Below the pieces are notes generated by a model that saw nothing but the letters and a program-made list of their open reading frames with translations, made no database searches and was not told the DNA's origin. From contig NEEC01000012.1 of the NCBI GenBank assembly GCA_002189035.1, forward strand, positions 1,302,001 through 1,366,000: 64,000 nucleotides of DNA, in the 5' to 3' direction. Below, piece by piece: positions 60,760-64,000 of the stretch. The stretch is from Utricularia gibba. Lineage: Eukaryota > Plantae > Magnoliophyta. The translations under genes were made by a program, and so were the position numbers. Within the stretch, counting starts at the first letter, position 1, and each line of letters opens with the position of its first letter.

Positions 60760-63700
60760 TTGATTATTTTTCCATAGCTTAGCTGATCCCTTTTTCCATA
60801 TTCTCGCATGCCTTCTCCATATAGCATAGCACATATTGATGTCTAGCACAGTCTACAGGTTGCGTAGCTTGGATTACCTTCCATCTCTTTGTGTCTCAGA
60901 ATCAATTTCCTTGTTTCTACCACCTTCCTTATATCTCCACTGATTCTGTTCTTCATTACCCTCTCTCAAACTTGGTCGAGGTTTGAGCCCAAGTTTGTCT
61001 CGAAGATATACTTGTCTAGTAGTTGGCATTCTCTTGGTAAGAAAATCAGTCATTTGATCTTGAGTGGGTATGTATTGAGTTTTCAGATAACCCAAGGCTA
61101 CTCTTTCCCGTACAAAGTGATAGTCAATCTCAATATGCTTGCTACGGGAGTGAAGAACTTGATTTACTGAGAGGTGTATGACACTCATGTTGTCTCAGTA
61201 GAGAACTGGCGTAGAGTCAAGCTGAACTTGAATGTCTTTTAGTAGAAACTGCAACCAAGTCACTTTTGCTGCTGTGTGCGCCATGGCTCGGTATTCTACC
61301 TCTGTGCTGGAGCGTGAGACAGTTGGCTGCTTCTTGGAGCTCCAAGAGATTGGATTTCGTCCAAGTAGGATGCAATATCCTGTAACTGATCGTCGTGTGA
61401 GTGGGCAGCTCGCCCAATCTGCATTTGAAAAAGCCCTCAAGTGTAGAGGCGACTCCCTCCAGTAGGAAATTCCAAAGTGTAGGCTTCACATATTTGAGTA
61501 TCCGTAGTGCCAATTGTTGATGATAGGAAGAAGGCGACTGCATGAATTGACTCACGAAGTTCACACTGTAGGTGATGTCTGGGCGTGTGAATGTAAGATA
61601 TTGCAACGCTCCAACTAGTGCTCTGTATGGAGTCAGATCATCAAGTACTTGTGCCTTCTGAGTGATTTTGACCTTTGAAGCTTGTGGAGTGGTGGCAGGT
61701 TTGCAGTCCCTCATTCCAAATCTATCCGAAAGAGCTAAAGCATAATGAGTTTGAGAGAGATGAAGTCCACTAGTCGTCTCCACCACATGTATGCCTAAGA
61801 AGTGATGCAACATGCCCAAGTCTTTCATTGAAAATTCAGCTGATAATGAGTCGATGAGGTCTAGTATGAGTCTTGATGATGAACCTGTCACAACAATGTC
61901 ATCCACATAGATGAGAAGGATTCGGGTCTCTTTTCCTACATGCGAGACAAATAATGAAGGATCTACTAGGCTACAAAAGAAACCGATGTGCAAGAGAAAT
62001 GAACTAAACCGGTCAAACCAAGCTCTGGATGCTTGCTTGAGTCCATATAGTGCCCTGTTTAGTTTGCAAACATGATTAGGAAAGTGAATATCTCGCATAC
62101 CTGGGGGTTGTTCCATGTATATATTTTCACTAATGTTTCCATGAAGAAATGCATTTTTGACATCTAGCTGATGAATCTCCCAACCATGAGTGAGTGCTAT
62201 AGATATAATAAGTCGAATGGTACCTGGTTGAATAACCGGTAAAAAATTTTCTGTGTAATCTATACCATTCACTTGATCATATCCTTTTGCCATTAATCGT
62301 GCCTTCATTCGATTGAGAGATCCGTTGGGGTTAAGCTTTGTTTTGTATACCCACTTGCATCCAATTATATCTTGTGCAGTGTTGCGAGGTACAAGAGACC
62401 ATGTTTTGTTGCGATGTAGGGCGTCCAACTCTCCAAGCATAGCTGCTTTCCATCCTGGGTGATTGAGCGCCTCTTTGATCCCTTTTGGCTCCAAGGGGAT
62501 TGTACCGTAGTGCTTCATGTAAAGTGTATACTTGGGGTTTGGTTTGATTATTCCTCGTTGTAATCGAGTGGTCATGGCATGTGAACGTTGTGGAGAAGAC
62601 ATGTTAGTTACAACATTCTGGTACCTCAAGGTTGTGGGACGGTTCTTGACGACCCGCTATTGTTCCTTGTGTGGCATGTTGTGGTGAGGGCAGCGGTTCT
62701 AGAACAAGTGATGAAGGAGTTTGAATGGGGTGAATGTGCTGTGAGAAAGGGTACTAGTCTCTGTGATTTCAGTTTCCATGCTCACGGATGCATCACCGTC
62801 ATCACCATCGGTTGTGGCTTGAGCTGTGTTGAGTTCAGATCCATCGAAGGTTACTTCACCAAATGAAGTAGCAGTCATCATTGTCATCCCATCATTACCA
62901 TCAGTTGTGTCTTGAGTGGCATTGAGTTCAGATCCATCGAAAGTGCCTTCACCAAATGAAGTGGCAGTCATCATTGTCGTCCCTGAAACATTGGGAAGTT
63001 CTATATTAGCTTCACGTAAAGGGGTGTTCACGGTGAAATGATGTTCAATAAAAGCTGGAGTTTCAGCATTTATTGGTGCAGCCAAGTGTCCTTCGCTAGG
63101 TAGCGAGTGGTCTCCACCAAGTGGGTGGTGACAAGCAGACGAAGGCATTAAGGTGTCCTGCTTCTCCTGTGTGTCTTGGGTCCAAATTTCGAAGAGGTTG
63201 GATACAAGATCAGGATGCGGCAGTGATTTGTCACGTGAGCGATAAGGGAAGGATGTTTCATCGAATATGACATGATGGGAAATGTGAAGTTTTCGTGTTG
63301 ATGGAACATAGCACTGATAACTTTTATGATTGTTGCTGTAACCTACAAACACACACAAAGAAGTTTTTGGTGAGAATTTATTTTTTTTAGAATCCCATAA
63401 ATATGGAAAACATTTAGAGCCAAAGACACGTAGTATAGAATAGTTAAGATTAAGACCATAAAGTATTGAAAAAGTGGACTCCCTTTTTTGTGAAAGAGAT
63501 GGTAGGCGATTTTGGAGGTATACGGTTGTGCTAAAGGCTTCCACCCATAGTGCAAGTGGGAGTCCATTGTGGAAAAGCAACGTAAGCCCATGTTCTCAGA
63601 TAGTTCGATGTATTCTTTCAACCATTCCCATTTGTTCATGCGTATATGGGCAAGAAAAATAGTGCACCATACCTGTATTCAAAAAATGAGACTTTAAAGA

Positions 63701-64000
63701 ATTGTTAACAAACTCACCACCATTGTCGGTTTGAAGTATCTTGACTTTTTTTCCAAATTGTCGACCTACATACGCTTCAAATTGAAGAAAGATAACTGAA
63801 AAATCACCCTTTTGACGAAGTGGAAAGAACCACATAAAACAGGAAAAATCATCCAAAAAACATGCATAATAACGGAAACCACTATGTGAGGGTACGAGGG
63901 ATGGTCCCTAGAGATCACAATAATTTTCTTCAAAGATGGTGGATGAGATATAGTCAGAATTTAAAAATGGTAATTTTGACATTTTTCCATATTGGCAGCT
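60760..64000 (-). mobile_element. Ty1/copia (Ale-like) element C8, least decayed; runs off the window
   Basis: Integrase (63856-62699), 470-aa RT ORF 62629-61217 (YVDDIV), RNase H (RSKHIEIDYHFVRE), PPT-like AGTTTGAGAGAGGG at ~60958-60971; a few frameshifts and stops. Confidence 0.93.
62792..62978. repeat. 93-bp in-frame tandem duplication in the C8 INT-RT linker
   Basis: TMMTATSFGE(G/V)TFDGSELN..Q.TTDG.DG occurs twice with a 31-aa period. Confidence 0.9.

Larger units (their letters stand above)
54450..60760 (+). mobile_element. Decayed Ty1/copia (Ale-like) element C7
   Basis: gag IIGCETSIAVWIAL, integrase, MKTRSQSGVFKPNPKYAL, RT DVKNAFLH / RALYGLKKAPRTWFDRFSSFLL, RNase H KHVEIDY; interrupted by two solo LTRs. 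Confidence 0.85.

Overview
Plant (eudicot-like) nuclear DNA. Only the first ~2 kb carry apparently functional host genes: the last exon of a TOM1-like (TOL) gene and, convergent with it, a complete three-exon peroxisomal DHNA-CoA thioesterase (DHNAT) gene. The remaining ~62 kb is a heterochromatin-like graveyard of at least eight disabled Ty1/copia elements, about a dozen solo or partial LTRs (several with intact 5-bp target-site duplications), two PIF/Harbinger elements, two hAT ends, MITE ends, a 5S rRNA fragment and three remnants of an F-box/LRR-like gene family. Woven through it is an old plastid-derived insertion (NUPT) at ~10.0-34.3 kb: rps2-atpI-atpH-atpF joined to the SSC block ndhF-rpl32-ccsA-ndhD-ndhE/G/I/H. 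It is split by nested transposons and by an ~8.6-kb inversion whose breakpoints cut ndhE and ndhH. A second atpI-atpH-atpF copy lies at ~52-53.8 kb. I found no CRISPR array, no intact tRNA gene and no convincingly new autonomous system; the best leads are the rearrangement history of the NUPT, an inverted LTR pair enclosing a 5S fragment, and the small LRR-like family. Homology calls are by eye from remembered family sequences; boundaries of decayed elements are approximate.
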